A stretch of DNA of 64,000 nt, taken from assembly GCA_025594325.1 (NCBI GenBank), contig JANHCV010000012.1, positions 1,391,091 to 1,455,090 on the forward strand, written 5' to 3'. Each line of letters starts with the position of its first letter. Within the stretch, counting starts at the first letter, position 1. Source of the DNA: Blastocladiella emersonii ATCC 22665. Taxonomy: Eukaryota; Fungi; Blastocladiomycota. The translations under genes were made by a program, and so were the position numbers. The notes under the pieces were generated by a model. That model saw only the letters and a list, made by a program, of their open reading frames with translations, was not told the DNA's origin and searched no databases. Positions 10,253 through 21,672 of this stretch are shown one piece after another.

Positions 10253-12354
10253 TCACTGGTACAGCTTGAGGTACAGCGCCTTGAGCATGCGCGCCTCGTA
10301 CGCGACCGAGTTGTGGGCGGGGTCAATGTTGGCCATGCCCATGGGGTCGACGACGGCGAGAATGTCGCGGCCGTGGCTCTCGGCCGTGTCGAAGAAGGCG
10401 AGGATCTCGTGGTACACGTCGTCCTTGAGCACGATCATCTGCTTGGCGAGGGTCTCGAACAGCGCGACGAAGCAGCGCTTCGCGTAGTACCACGTGTCGG
10501 TGCCGAGCTTGCGGGCCATGGGGTCCATGGACTTCATGACGCGGCCGATGCCGAACTCGAAGTTGCCCTTGGCGCAGTACAGGGTGCCGATGACGAGGTT
10601 GACGATGCACAGGTGGAAGCACCGGCGCGTCGGGTCCTCGAAGGCGAGCCGCTCCTCCTCCTTCTCGATGCGGCGCATCAGGTCCTCGGCGGCCTCGTTC
10701 TGCGACGTCATGATGTAGGCGACGCACAGGTTGGCGAGCACGATGGCCGTGACCTCGAGCAGCGAGTCGTCGAGGTGCTTGCGCACAATGGGCTCGTAGA
10801 AGGAGATGGCCTCCTTGTACTTGTTCTCCTGCATGAACAGGACGTGCGCGACGTTGAGCTTCCACGTGTCGTGCTCGGAGCAGAACTCGACCGACTTGCG
10901 GAAGATCTTCTCGACGACGTGGTACTCGCGCGTGTCCCAGTACAGCTTGGCCTGCGCCATGAGCACCGGGATGTACCGCTCGAGCTGCTCGTCGTACTCG
11001 TGCACGAGCCGCTTGACGAGGTCCTCGTCGCGGTTGTTGCGCGCGTCCTGCACGCCCTTGGAGAGGCGGCGCAGCTGCTCGACGTTCTTCTGGCCCATGT
11101 CGTCGAGCTTCTTGAACGAGTCCTCGGGCGACGCCGTCTTGAGCAGCACCGCCTCGAGAAAGTCGTACAGGTACCGCGACAGGACCGCGCGCGCGAGCCC
11201 CGAGTTCTCGGCGAGCAGGTCGGCCGCCGCGTCGTAGTACTCGAACTTGAGGTACAGCAGCAGCAGGTTGCCGAACGTCTCGGGCGGGCACGGCACCTGC
11301 TGCAGCAGGAAAATCAGCTTCTCGAACCCCGTGGCCGGCTCCGTGTCCATGTGCACCAGCGCCTGGTTGTGCAGCGTGACGGGATCCAGCTCCTCCTCGA
11401 GCCGCGGCGGCATGTCCTGCAGGGCCTCCTTGGCGGCGACGACTACACGGGGGTCGGGAGACGCGGTTAGTCGCGATGACGAAGCGAGAGCAAGGGAGCA
11501 AGCGCACAGTTCTTGAGGTTGTACTCGATGGCGGCCTTGAGGTTAAAGGCCTCGACGAGAAACGACTTGTGCAGCGAGACCGTGTTGCCGACGCTGAGGA
11601 TCTCCTCGGGCAGGACGCCGACGTTGAGGTCGGGGTAGTCGCGGATGCCGTGCTCGATGATGTCGGCAATGAACTTGAGCGAGGTCACGTACTCGCGGCG
11701 CTGGTACGCGCACAGGGCCATGTTGTAGAAGAGCTCCGGGTGGTACCCTTGGCGCTTGGCGGCCTCGTTGAACCGGACCAGGGCGTCGGCGTACTTGCCC
11801 TCCTTGTACAGCAGACACGCCTGGTTGAAGATGGTGTCGACGTCGTCCTGCGCGCACTGGTCGATGAGCACGCGGCACCCCGTCACGTCGTCCGACTCGT
11901 ACTTGATGGCCGCCTGCAGCCGCTTGATCTGCTCGCTGAACTGCGGGTTGCCGATCGCCTGGCACGCGTCCTGCGCCGCCGGGTACTGGCCCGCCTTGTA
12001 CAGCGCCTGCGCATAGTGCAGCTTGTACTCGTCGACGTCGGGGTAGTACTTGACGAGCTCCTCGTAGCTACGCAGTTGCGTGGTGGCGGCGTGAGTCAAG
12101 GAGCGTCTCGGCGCGAGCGCGTGTAACACGGACCATCCAGCGGCGCCGAGCCAGTCCTGCTGCTGGTAGTAGCACCAGGCGATGAGCGAGAGCGCGGGGC
12201 GCGAGCGCGGGTTGGCGACGAGCTCCTGGTTGAGCAGGGCCGTCACGTCGTCGAAGCGCTCGTCGCGGATCAGCGAGTAGATGGTGTGGGTGATCTTGCC
12301 CTGCGGGATCTGCGACACGGCGAGGGGCGCGGGCTGCTGCTCGGTGGATGCCAT
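10253..12354 (-). CDS. IFT70: Intraflagellar transport protein IFT70 (TTC30/fleer/DYF-1)
   Basis: IPQGKITHTIYSLIRDERF, LVEAFNLKAAIEY, MPPRLEEELDPVTLHNQAL, PCPPETFGNLLLLYLKFEY, HLCIVNLVIGTLYCAKGNFEFGI, KLGTDTWYYAKRCF. Two short introns (~12068-12135, ~11447-11508). Confidence 0.95.
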
Positions 12355-13045
12355 TCTGCGTTCATTCAGTGCGATGCATGTGTGTGGGGTGGCGTGTGGT
12401 GCGCCATGGCTAACGAGCGATCGGCCGACGGACGCGCGGCGAGAGCGAGGACCGCGCGCGAGAGACGCGTCGGCGCGAACCGTCACGTGAGCGGCGCGGC
12501 GCGCACCCACGCCGTGTCTCGCACCGCGCCGCCGCCGCGATTTCGCGCCGCGCGTAAAAAAGAAGCGCGCACGCCGCCGCCGCCGCCGTCTCCCAGCGCG
12601 ATAACGCCCTTGTTACTTGTTACCGCCTCCCCTCGCACGCGCGCTCGCTCGAGTTCGACGCGCCGCCGCGTCACGCCCGACCGAACAAGTCGATTCTTGT
12701 TGAGTGATGATGGTGCGTGCCCGTGTCTCCCTGCAAGCGCCTGCTTGTTCGCCGCCGCCCGTGTCGCGTCCCTGCACGCGTGCGTGTCCCGCGAGCCTGC
12801 CTCGGTCTTGCTTGCTTCACGCGTGTCTCGCACGTTTCCGCGCGCACGCGCCGACCCGCCGGTTCACGCACGGGCCCGACACGCGACCGCACGGGCACCG
12901 TGGGTAACAGGCACGGCGGGATCGCCCTGCCGCGCGCGCCCCGCTTTCTTGTTCGTGACGTGTTCCGGCCACCGCCGCCGCCGTGCGCTGGCTGCGCGCC
13001 GCGCGACTCCGAGCGCGCGCCCTTCGCTGCTGGCCGCCCGCCGAG

Positions 13046-13051
13046 TATAAA
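13046..13051 (+). promoter_or_regulatory. TATA box upstream of Thr-rich paralog 2
   Basis: TATAAA within a GC-rich context, followed ~30 bp later by a pyrimidine-rich initiator-like tract. Confidence 0.45.
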
Positions 13052-13261
13052 GCGCGGCGCCCCCGCCCGCCCTCCCTCCTCTCTCGTTCCTCACCCTCCG
13101 CCGTCGCCGTCCTCGCAGTCGAGCCGTCCCCTCCCCTCCGCTAGAAACTTGCATCCTTGCACTCGCCCCGTCGTCGCCCAGAAGAGCCGAATCGCGGTAG
13201 ATCAACTCGCATACACCACCACCCCCTCCCCTCCTACACCCACCACCACCCACACACCAAG

Positions 13262-14171
13262 ATGCAGATCCAGTCAGTCCTCCTCGTCCTCGCCGCGCTC
13301 GCCGCCCTCACCAACGCGTACGTTTGCCGCGCTCGCTCTCGCGCTCGCGACGCGACGCAACGCGCCGCGCCCGCTCTCCTCGGAACACAAACTGACGCGT
13401 CGCCACCCTCGCCCTCCCCCTCGCAGCGCCCCGAACGGCTACTCGTACGGCGACGTGTCCTCGTACATCCCGCCGCCCGTGTCGACGTCGAGCTCGACCA
13501 AGGTGACGACCACGACGGCCGTCGACATCCCGCCGACGGTGACGCCGACGGTGACGGTCGCCAACATTGTGCTGACGCGCGTCACGGTGACGTCGACCAT
13601 CAACCAGCTCTTCACCGACACGTACATCCTGTGCCGCCCGACGACCGAGACGTCGACGCTGATCGCGACCGAGACGTTCCCCGTGACGTCGACGGCCATC
13701 GAGACCAACACGGCCACGGTGACCGAGACGGAGCGCACCACGGCGACCGAGACGCAGTCGACGACGACGACCGAGGCCGTGACCACCACCGCCACGGCGA
13801 CCGCGACGGCCACGGTGACCGAGACGGCGACCGTGTCGTCGGAGGTGACGCAGACGGCGACGGCGACCGAGACCAACACGGTGACCAACACGCAGACGGC
13901 GACCGAGACGGTGACGGACGTGGCGACCACGTCGGTGACCGAGACGGTGACGGGCACGACCACGGTGACCGAGACCAACACGGTGCCCATCACCAACACG
14001 GCCACGGTGACCAACACGGTGACGGTGACGACCACGACCACGTCGACCGAGACCGTGACCGTGACCAAGCCGCCCGCGTCGACGACGGTCGTCACGACCA
14101 CGACCACGCCGTGCGAGACCGCGACGCCCACGTCGACGCCCTGCACCACCACGACCAAGGCCGCGTACTAA
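13262..14171 (+). CDS. Secreted Thr-rich low-complexity protein (paralog 2)
   Basis: Signal peptide MQIQSVLLVLAALAALTNA. Intron 13318-13426 (GTACGT..TCGCAG) at the equivalent position/phase to paralog 1. Shares TTTAVDIP and PCET motifs and alternating-Thr repeats. Confidence 0.82.
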
Positions 14172-14551
14172 GGACGCGTCGTCAAGTCGTCGCTCTTCAA
14201 GGTTCGCCGCGTGACGCGCCTGCCGCGCGCGCGCGACGGCGGCCGGCCACCTTCTCCCTCCCCCTCTTTTGGACCACCCCCATTGCACCCTACCCTCTCT
14301 CGTTGATCGCACTCACCGCTCTTCATACCTCTCTTCCCTTCTCTCCTCTCGACATTGCACTCCTCTCCCTCTCCCCTACGTGTTGCCAACCCGTACCTCT
14401 CCCCTCTCTTTTCTCCCCTCATGCATGCCAGCAAGACCTAATATCACTGTTCGTTTGGGACCGACCATCCCACGTTTACATCTATCCACTGTCGTCTTCC
14501 CAAGCGTCTTGAGTGTGAGCTAGTGAGCAAGCAAGTGTATTGAGTAGCAAG

Positions 14552-15665
14552 TTACTGCTTCTTCTCGGCGGCCTTGAGCACGTTGCCGAGCTCGTACTCG
14601 TAGAAGCCGCGGCCGACCTTCTTGCCGAGCCAACCGGCGTCGACGTAGGTCTGGAGCAGCGGCGAGGGGCGGTATTTTGACTCGCCGAGCTGGGTGTGGA
14701 GGATCTTCATGATGGACAGGCACGTGTCGAGGCCGATGAAGTCGGCGAGGACGAGCGGGCCCATGGGCATGTTGGTGCCGAGCTTCATGGTGGTATCGAT
14801 GTCCTCGCGGGTGCCGATGCCCGAGTCGAGGGCGAACACGGCCTCGTTGATGTAGGGCATGAGCAGGCGGTTGGCGATGAACCCGGGCACGTCGCGCGAC
14901 AGCGTGGTGGTCTTGCCCATGGCGGCGGCGAGCGCGAGCGTCGTGTCGAGCGTCGTGGGCGAGGTGGCGAGGCCCGGGATGATCTCGACCAGCTTCATGA
15001 TCGGGACCGGGTTCATGAAGTGCATGCCGACCACGTTGGCGGCGCGCGCGTGCGAGCCCGTCGCGGCCGCGATCTTGGTGATGGAGATGGACGAGGTGTT
15101 GGACGCCAGGATCGCCGACTCGGACGTGACCTCGGTCAGCTGCTTGAAGATCTTGGCCTTGAGGTCCACGTTCTCGGACACGGCCTCGATCGAGAAGTCG
15201 ACCTCGGCGAACGCGTCGAGCGACGTGGTCGTCGACACGCGCGCCAGCGTCTCGGCGCGCGCCTCCTCGGTCAGCTTGCCCTTGGACACGTCCTTCTTGA
15301 GCACGGCGTCTACGCGGGCGCGCGGGCGAGGGTGGGTGAGCGGGCTGTCAACGAGCGGTGACGCGGTCCCAACGTACTGATGTAGTTGAGGCCCTTCTCG
15401 ATCTGGACGGGGTTCGTGTCCATGATCATGACGGGCAGCTTGGCCACGTTGGCGGCGACGCACGCGATGCCGACGCCCATCTGGCCGGCGCCGATGACGC
15501 CCACCTTGCGCACGCCGTGCGGCTTCTACGCGGTTGGTCGTTCGGTCGCGCGGGTGAGCATCGGGGCCCGATCATTCATGTGCATTCATGGGGGGTGGTG
15601 CATACAGCGACAGCGGTCGAGTAGGCGCGGCACAGGGCCGGGAGGGAAGCGGTGCGGCCGAACAT
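14552..15665 (-). CDS. Mitochondrial 3-hydroxybutyryl/3-hydroxyacyl-CoA dehydrogenase
   Basis: Presequence MFGRTASLPALCRAYSTAVA. Intron 15526-15605. Motifs VGVIGAGQMG, IEAVSEN, ILASNTSSISIT, GMHFMNPVP, PGFIANRLL, PMGPLVLADFIGLDT. Second intron ~15310-15378. Confidence 0.94.
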
Positions 15666-16098
15666 GGTGATGCGTGCGAGCGTCGTCGATGGCGAGGCAG
15701 GGAGAGAGAGCGAGGACCGATCGCGGCGGCGTAGGTTGCGCTACGGTTCGCCCCAACAGTCAGCCCGACCGCTCGGAACAGGTCGGGACATGATCGGCGC
15801 CACGGCCCGCGTGCGCGGCGGCCCGGTCCGCGTGACTGCGACGCGCGACGCGTCTCGCCGTGTTTTCGCCTTCGGGAGCGCTTCCGGCGCACGCTGAGTC
15901 TCCGCACCCCGAAACGACGGTCCCGCACTCGGACCGCGCCCTGCCCTGCCTGCACCCACTCGCCCGCCCGCGCGACCGCGACGCGCGCCTATCCGACAGC
16001 AGCCGATCATGCTCCCCGACCTCTGCACGCTCGCCACGGCCATCCAGGAATCCGCACAGCGGCCAGCACCACCACGACGCACCAAGGGATCACCCACC

Positions 16099-16954
16099 AT
16101 GACTGCCGTCGATCCCGCCGTGGTCACCGTCGCGGTCCCTGCGCTCGTCGCCGCCGCGCCGCGCCCGCGGACCCCAACACGGGTCGTGCTCCGGCCCGCG
16201 TTCCTCGCCCTCGTCTACCTGCTCGGCACGGCCCTCGTGCTTCTCGCTGCGGCGCCGGTCGCCGTCGTCGAGGCCCAGAGTCACCGCTGTGGAGAGTGTA
16301 CGCTGCCGCCCCTCGCCGCCAGTCGTCCCGGACACGAGCTGACACTGTTGCGTAGTCATGTACCTCAACCTGCGCCCGTCGAGCTCGGCCAACTCGACGC
16401 ACCGGGTTCTCGGCTTCTCGTACCCGCGGGGCAACGCGCGCGTCTTCGACATTCTGCGCGGCAAGGCGCTGGTGCTCAAGCGCAACGGGCTCATGACGCA
16501 CCGGCGCGAGCTCGGGCACCCGCGCAGCTACGTGCGGTACGGGTTCCAGACGCTGCCGTCGATCCCGCGGTCCGCGTTCACGGGTGCGGGCGCGACGACG
16601 GACCTGATCGCCGAGGCGCGCGTCGGGTGGCTCAAGGGCCGCCAGCGCGGCCAGTGCCGCCCCGCAGAGTACCGCCTCGCCCTGTACCTCGACGACGTCG
16701 AGATCGCCAACCAGGACCTCACCATGTTCGACCGCAAGCCGCGCCCCTCCGTGATCCGCCTCGTTATCCCCAAGTCGGCGTGGAACGGCACCTCGCTCGC
16801 GACGCCCCGGCCGGCCTCCGCCGACGGTAGCCGTGGTGACGACGGCGTGCGCCTCACGCTCCAGATGATGCAGCGCAACGTCAACGGCCACGTCCCGTGC
16901 ATCGACTCGACCACGCTCTACATGCGCCACCTCAAGCTGTGCCGCGCCGCGTGA
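16099..16954 (+). CDS. Hypothetical membrane-anchored/secreted protein
   Basis: ATG 16099. Hydrophobic segment AFLALVYLLGTALVLLAAAPVAVV. Intron 16298-16355 joins it in frame (GE|FMYLN) to a Cys-containing, GC3-rich exon. No family recognised. Confidence 0.6.
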
Positions 16955-17245
16955 GGGAGCGCGGGGTCGGCCACGCTCGGCCGAGGGACACGCGCGCGCG
17001 CGCGTAGTAGTGTCTCCCGCGCCCACTCTCGCACACCAACTCGCCCTCAATACACCCACTACGTTTGTCCTCTGTCTAAACCATGTATGCGGTGCCGATG
17101 AGACAACATGAACTGGGACCAGATTGAAGGTAGCTGTCGCGTGAACCGGTCATGGACGATAGAACTCACGACGACCGACTGAGTGAACAGAGCGCGACCG
17201 CCGTCGGGACGCGGACGCTCGCCGGCTCAAGGATGGTGCGGATAG

Positions 17246-18849
17246 TCCAAGAGCAGCGCGCACGGTGGAGGCCTGACCCACGATCGCCGGTTAGAGCAGC
17301 GAAGACAGGCGGAAGAGGTCAAGGCCCGGCGAAGAGTTGACTTTCAGGGCGCTACGACACCCGCACCGACAGCTACGGCAGCGGCTGCTGCCGACTCGGT
17401 ACGCCCATGTCTCGCACGCGCTCTCGGCAGGTAGACCCTGACATCGTCGTCGCCGTGTAGATCCGAGCCGCGACCATCAACGCGACCATCTCACCACGCG
17501 CCACCCTCCTCCCCTCCGCCGCGTACACGGCGCTCGCGCTGAGCCCAAAACCGCTGACCCTCCCGCCACTCTCCCTCGCCACAGCCCTTCCACCAACGCA
17601 ATCCGCCTCCCTCGACGCGCGCGACACGGACCTGATCCTCGCCCGCCTGACGTCGCTCGAACACGCGCTGGACCGCGAGCGCGCGCGCCGCATGGCGCTC
17701 GAGGAGCACGTCCTGGCGGACCGCCTGCGCCTCGACGACCTCGCCGCCTCGCTCGCCGCTGGCCACCGCGCCCTGCAGGCCGATGTCGGGACGCTCGCCG
17801 CCGCGGTGTCGCAGCTGCGCACCGCGTGGGACGCACATGGCGCGGGCGGCGCACAGGTGCGCGAAGCTGTCGCCGACCTCGCGGCCCGCGTCGCGGGCAT
17901 CGCTGAAGACGTCGCGACCGTCCAGGCGGCCGCCGCGCGCGTCCCCGAGTACGTCCAGGCCCGCGCGGTCCGCGCCGAAGCCGGGTTCCGCGACGCCATC
18001 GCGCACGCGGCGGCGGCCGCGGCGGTTGAGGCGGACCGCGTCGCGCGCGACGCCGAGGCACGCGCAGTCGCTGCGGCATCGGCAGCCGTCTCGGGACTCG
18101 ACGAGCGGACCGCCGCGGCGCTCGCGGCGCTCCGCGGACACATCGACGCCACCAGAGGCCCGCTGCGCGAGGCAGTGACCGCGCAGGCCGGCGCGATCGC
18201 GGACGCCATTGCTCGTGCGGACGCGGAGACGTCCCGCATCCACGGCGTCCTCAAAGCCGAGATCCGCGCGCGGGTGGCTGCCGACGCAGCACTTGCGGGC
18301 GAGGTCCGCGCGGCGCACGCGTCGGTCGGCGAGCTCACGCGGCGCGTCGACTCGGAGCTCGCGGCGCGCGACGCACACGAGGAGCACACCGAGGTGAGTC
18401 TCCGCGCCGCCGCCGAGGCGAACGTGAAGGCGGTCGTGGCAAGGGTCGCGGGGCTCGAGGCGCGCGTGCGCGCGCAGGAGATGTTTAACGAGATTCGCCG
18501 GCAGCAGACAACGGCGCAGCATCCGGTCGCGGTGCAGGCGGCGGCTGACGACGAGGACCCCGTCATGGCCGAGCTCGAACGTACCCTCGCCCCGCGGCGG
18601 CGCGCGGGCATGGACTCGGTCACGGCCATGATGGCGGGCGGCGCGAAGCCTGCGCAGCCGGCGCCGAATCCGCCCGCGTCCGAAGACGTCAAGGACCCCG
18701 AGATCGCCAAGGCTCTCGTCGACGAGCTCATTGACCGCGCGCTGCAGCAGTCGGCGGGCAAGACGCGAGGCGGCGGTGGCGGCGGCGTGCAGGTGCCCGC
18801 GGCGGTCGCGGCCATCGAGAAGGGGCAGGCGGGCGGCGCGGGCGTGTGA
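17246..18849 (+). CDS. Hypothetical Ala-rich coiled-coil protein (5' end uncertain)
   Basis: Long heptad-like helical ORF to 18849. Intron 17399-17460 (GTACGC, CTGAC, TAG) extends it in frame back to an in-frame TAG at 17243-17245. The true start is not resolved. Confidence 0.6.
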
Positions 18850-18980
18850 TGATGCCGGGCAATGTAATAAAACAGCAGGTCGAGTGCATGGCGTGTCGGC
18901 GTGGCCACCTTGTCAACGTCACCCCTCAGGTCACAATCTGCAAGTACCGCTCACGGCAGCAGACGGCGGCGATCCCATAC

Positions 18981-19013
18981 GAGCTTCGGTGAGCTTCGGT
19001 GAGCTTCAGTGAG
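18981..19013. repeat. 10-bp tandem repeat GAGCTTC(G/A)GT x3.3
   Basis: gagcttcggt gagcttcggt gagcttcagt gag, read directly. Confidence 0.9.
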
Positions 19014-19567
19014 GTGGTCAAGCTTTGGCGACAGCGTTGGTAACCAACGAACGCTGCCTCAAATACAAGGACGGCCGGTGCGCGGCGGACGAGCCTGCAC
19101 GGCGCCCACCGGATGAAGACAGGCGGGTGGCACCGGGCTGCTGACGGCTCACGGCGGCCGCGCGGACCCACAAGAAGCACACAAGTTGCAAGAGGGTGGA
19201 CACACACGGGCCCAAGAGCGAAGCGAGCCAGCGCGCGAGGGTGCCTGCCGCTGGTCTGCCTGTTGTTGCGAGGTGTGATGCGATGTGATGCGTTGCATAG
19301 AGTTCATTCATCAAGTTTCATTGGGTTCATCCATTCCAGCTGCCTCTAAGCGTCCGTGCGGCTGTGAGGGCTGTCTGCGGTGACTTGGCACGGCTGGCCA
19401 AGGTCGCTGGAAGGTCGGCGGCCGGCGCCACACACGTGGAGCTGAAACGTCTCCACCCGCTGCCACCGACCCGGCCGCCGTCGCCGCCACCGCCGTCGAG
19501 CCCAACCCTTCACATCGCCGCGCACCCGCCGTGGACTGCTCCTCCTCTCCACGTACGGCCGAACACC

Positions 19568-20926
19568 ATGAAGGTGAGATTACTGCAATAAATCGCACGC
19601 AACACACGAGCAGGTCGCCAGCGTCATGCACCGACCCGGTCGCAGATACACCCTCCGGACGGCATCCCGCGCCGTTGGCCGAGGCGGACTAGCTCCACTG
19701 ATTCCGCACCCCTCCTTGCGTTGTGCGCGAACGCGCCGCGCAGACAGGGGTGACGTTGACAAAGGTGGCCACGCCGGGCCATCCGTCGCGGCGCCCTGAA
19801 AAAGCGCTGTGGCGGGTGAAACTCGGGCGTGGTGGGTCCTCTCGGTCGGTGTTCCTCTGTGAGCGGGCAACGCTTGGCTTGCTTTGTACTGGTTGCTCCC
19901 CGGGCTCTGTAACGCGGCGCCAGGGGCTGTAACGGCCCTCCTGGCGCTGCTGCCGACGGGCGCAGAGACCGGGCATGTTGGACTTGGCCAATCAACCGCT
20001 CAGAAAGCACTGGCATTCCCGACCCCGCCATGTGTTGCACCCCTCGCACTCCACTCGAACGAATCGCTCATCGCTTTGCTGCCCTTTCCCCCGCCGATGC
20101 ACCCTGTCGCGCGCGATGTCCCGGCATTCTCGCCGTCGCTAGCTCAACATCGCCGACCCCTCGACCGGTTCCCAGAAGACCTTTGAGATCGATGACGAGA
20201 AGCGCTAGTACGTTGTTTTGCTGTCCCTGCGTCCGTTGTACTGGTGGGATGCTGACCCTGGCCCTCCCTGGCAACAGCCACGTCCTGATCGACAAGCGCA
20301 TCTCGGCCGAGGTCCCCGGCGACCAGCTCGGCGATGAGTTCAAGGGCTACATCTTCAAGATCACCGGCGGAAACGACAAGCAGGGCTTCCCCATGAAGCA
20401 GGGTGTCCTCGTCAACCACCGTGTGCGCCTCCTCCTCTCGGAGGGCCACTCGTGCTTCCGCCCCCGCCGCACCGGTGAGCGCAAGCGCAAGTCGGTCCGT
20501 GGTTGCATCATCAACCACGACATCTCGGTCGTCTCCCTCGTCGTCGTCAAGAAGGGCGAGAACGAGATTGCCGGCGTCACCGACGTGACCGTCCCCAAGC
20601 GCCTCGGCCCCAAGCGCGCCTCGAAGATCCGCAAGATGTTCAACCTCACCAAGGACGACGACGTGCGCAAGTACGTCATCCGCCGCGAGGTCGCGACCAA
20701 GAAGGAGGGCGTCGTCAAGTCCAAGGCCCCCAAGATCCAGCGCCTGGTCACCCCCCTCACCCTCCAGCGCAAGCGCGCCCGCCACGCCGAGAAGCGCAAC
20801 CGCGCCATCGCCGCCCGCGATGCCGCCGCCGAGTACAAGAAGCTCCTGGCCCAGCGCCACCACGAGGAGCGCGAGAAGAAGCAGCAGAAGAAGTCGTCGC
20901 GCCGCGCCTCGACCGCCTCGGCCTAA
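19568..20926 (+). CDS. RPS6: 40S ribosomal protein eS6
   Basis: Exon 1 ATG AAG (19568-19573), intron 19574-20142, exon 2 [21 protein letters not shown], intron 20218-20277. Then [53 protein letters not shown], and C-terminal RRASTASA phosphosite. Confidence 0.97.
19707..20045 (+). ncRNA. Candidate structured intronic RNA in RPS6 intron 1 (family unknown)
   Basis: Multiple nested helices with sense-strand G-U pairs: 19784-19794/19804-19814, 19845-19865/19996-20014, 19899-19910/19962-19973, 19914-19924/19940-19950. See findings. Confidence 0.4.
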
Positions 20927-21282
20927 GCTTCTCCTCCCCTCTTACTCTGCCGCGTGCCACTCTTCGCCGTCGTGTTTGGTCCTCGCGAGTTGAATACACG
21001 GTCATGTTAGGCTTCAAACCATCCTCGTCTTTTGTCCGGACTAGCGGCTCAGTTGAGCGTCGTTTGTGATGGAGAAGTCACTTAAAAGTGGTGTGCAGGC
21101 TGGAGTGAGCTGGTTCTGACCGATCAAGCTTGAAGCGCTATCCACTTTCTCCCCGACCCTTCACCATCCCATGCAGCCCGCTCATGAGCTTGGATGTAAC
21201 ATGCCGCAATTTACCAAATGCACACGATGCTCTTACTCTCCGCACGGCTCAACGATTGGTAAATAGTTGCAAGTCGCGCTAG

Positions 21283-21672
21283 CTCAGCTCACTGCGGTGG
21301 CGCTCCAGCCGCTGGCGGCTGACGGCGGGCGCCTTCGCCGCCCACCACTTCGAGCATGCCGTGGTCGATTCTGCCACCGTTTCGACGTGGACCGAAGCGG
21401 CTCCGAACAACGCACAGCACTACGACCAGGCGCAGGGCTACTCGCACGCGGATGCAGCTTCATACTGGCACGCGGGACACAGTTCAGTAGCTCACTACTA
21501 CAACAGCAGCCATCACCAGCCGTCGGACGACTACTCGCACGCCGCCTCGCATGCACACTCGCGCTCGTACGCCGTGAACAGCGTCGTGAACAGCGTGAGC
21601 TACTCGAGCAGCGTGGCGCATGTCAGTGGCGGCGTTGGTCATTTCCATGGAGACTCTGGCGGTTCTGATTGA
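21283..21672 (+). CDS. His/Tyr/Ser-rich ORF resembling the C-terminal half of the 22310 gene; start unresolved (possible fragment)
   Basis: Open 21283-21672 with no in-frame ATG. A possible exon 1 MSLD (21184-21195) could be joined by intron 21196-21282. Ends GDSGGSD-stop versus GGGGSSD-stop in 22310. Confidence 0.35.
   Translation, partial: LSSLRWRSSRWRLTAGAFAAHHFEHAVVDSATVSTWTEAAPNNAQHYDQAQGYSHADAASYWHAGHSSVAHYYNSSHHQPSDDYSHAASHAHSRSYAVNSVVNSVSYSSSVAHVSGGVGHFHGDSGGSD

Noticed and set aside
17407-17460. Apparent 30-nt micro-intron or TAG read-through after ATG 17407
   Set aside because: Better explained by a normal 62-nt intron 17399-17460 with a GTACGC donor.
19707-20045. Identification of the RPS6 intron element as SRP RNA, RNase P/MRP, U17/snR30 or a box C/D snoRNA
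   Set aside because: No SRP helix-8 CAGG/AGCA loop, a C-C mismatch in the would-be P4, no CR-II/III in the correct order, no H or ACA box, and no proper C box. Kept only as an unassigned structure.
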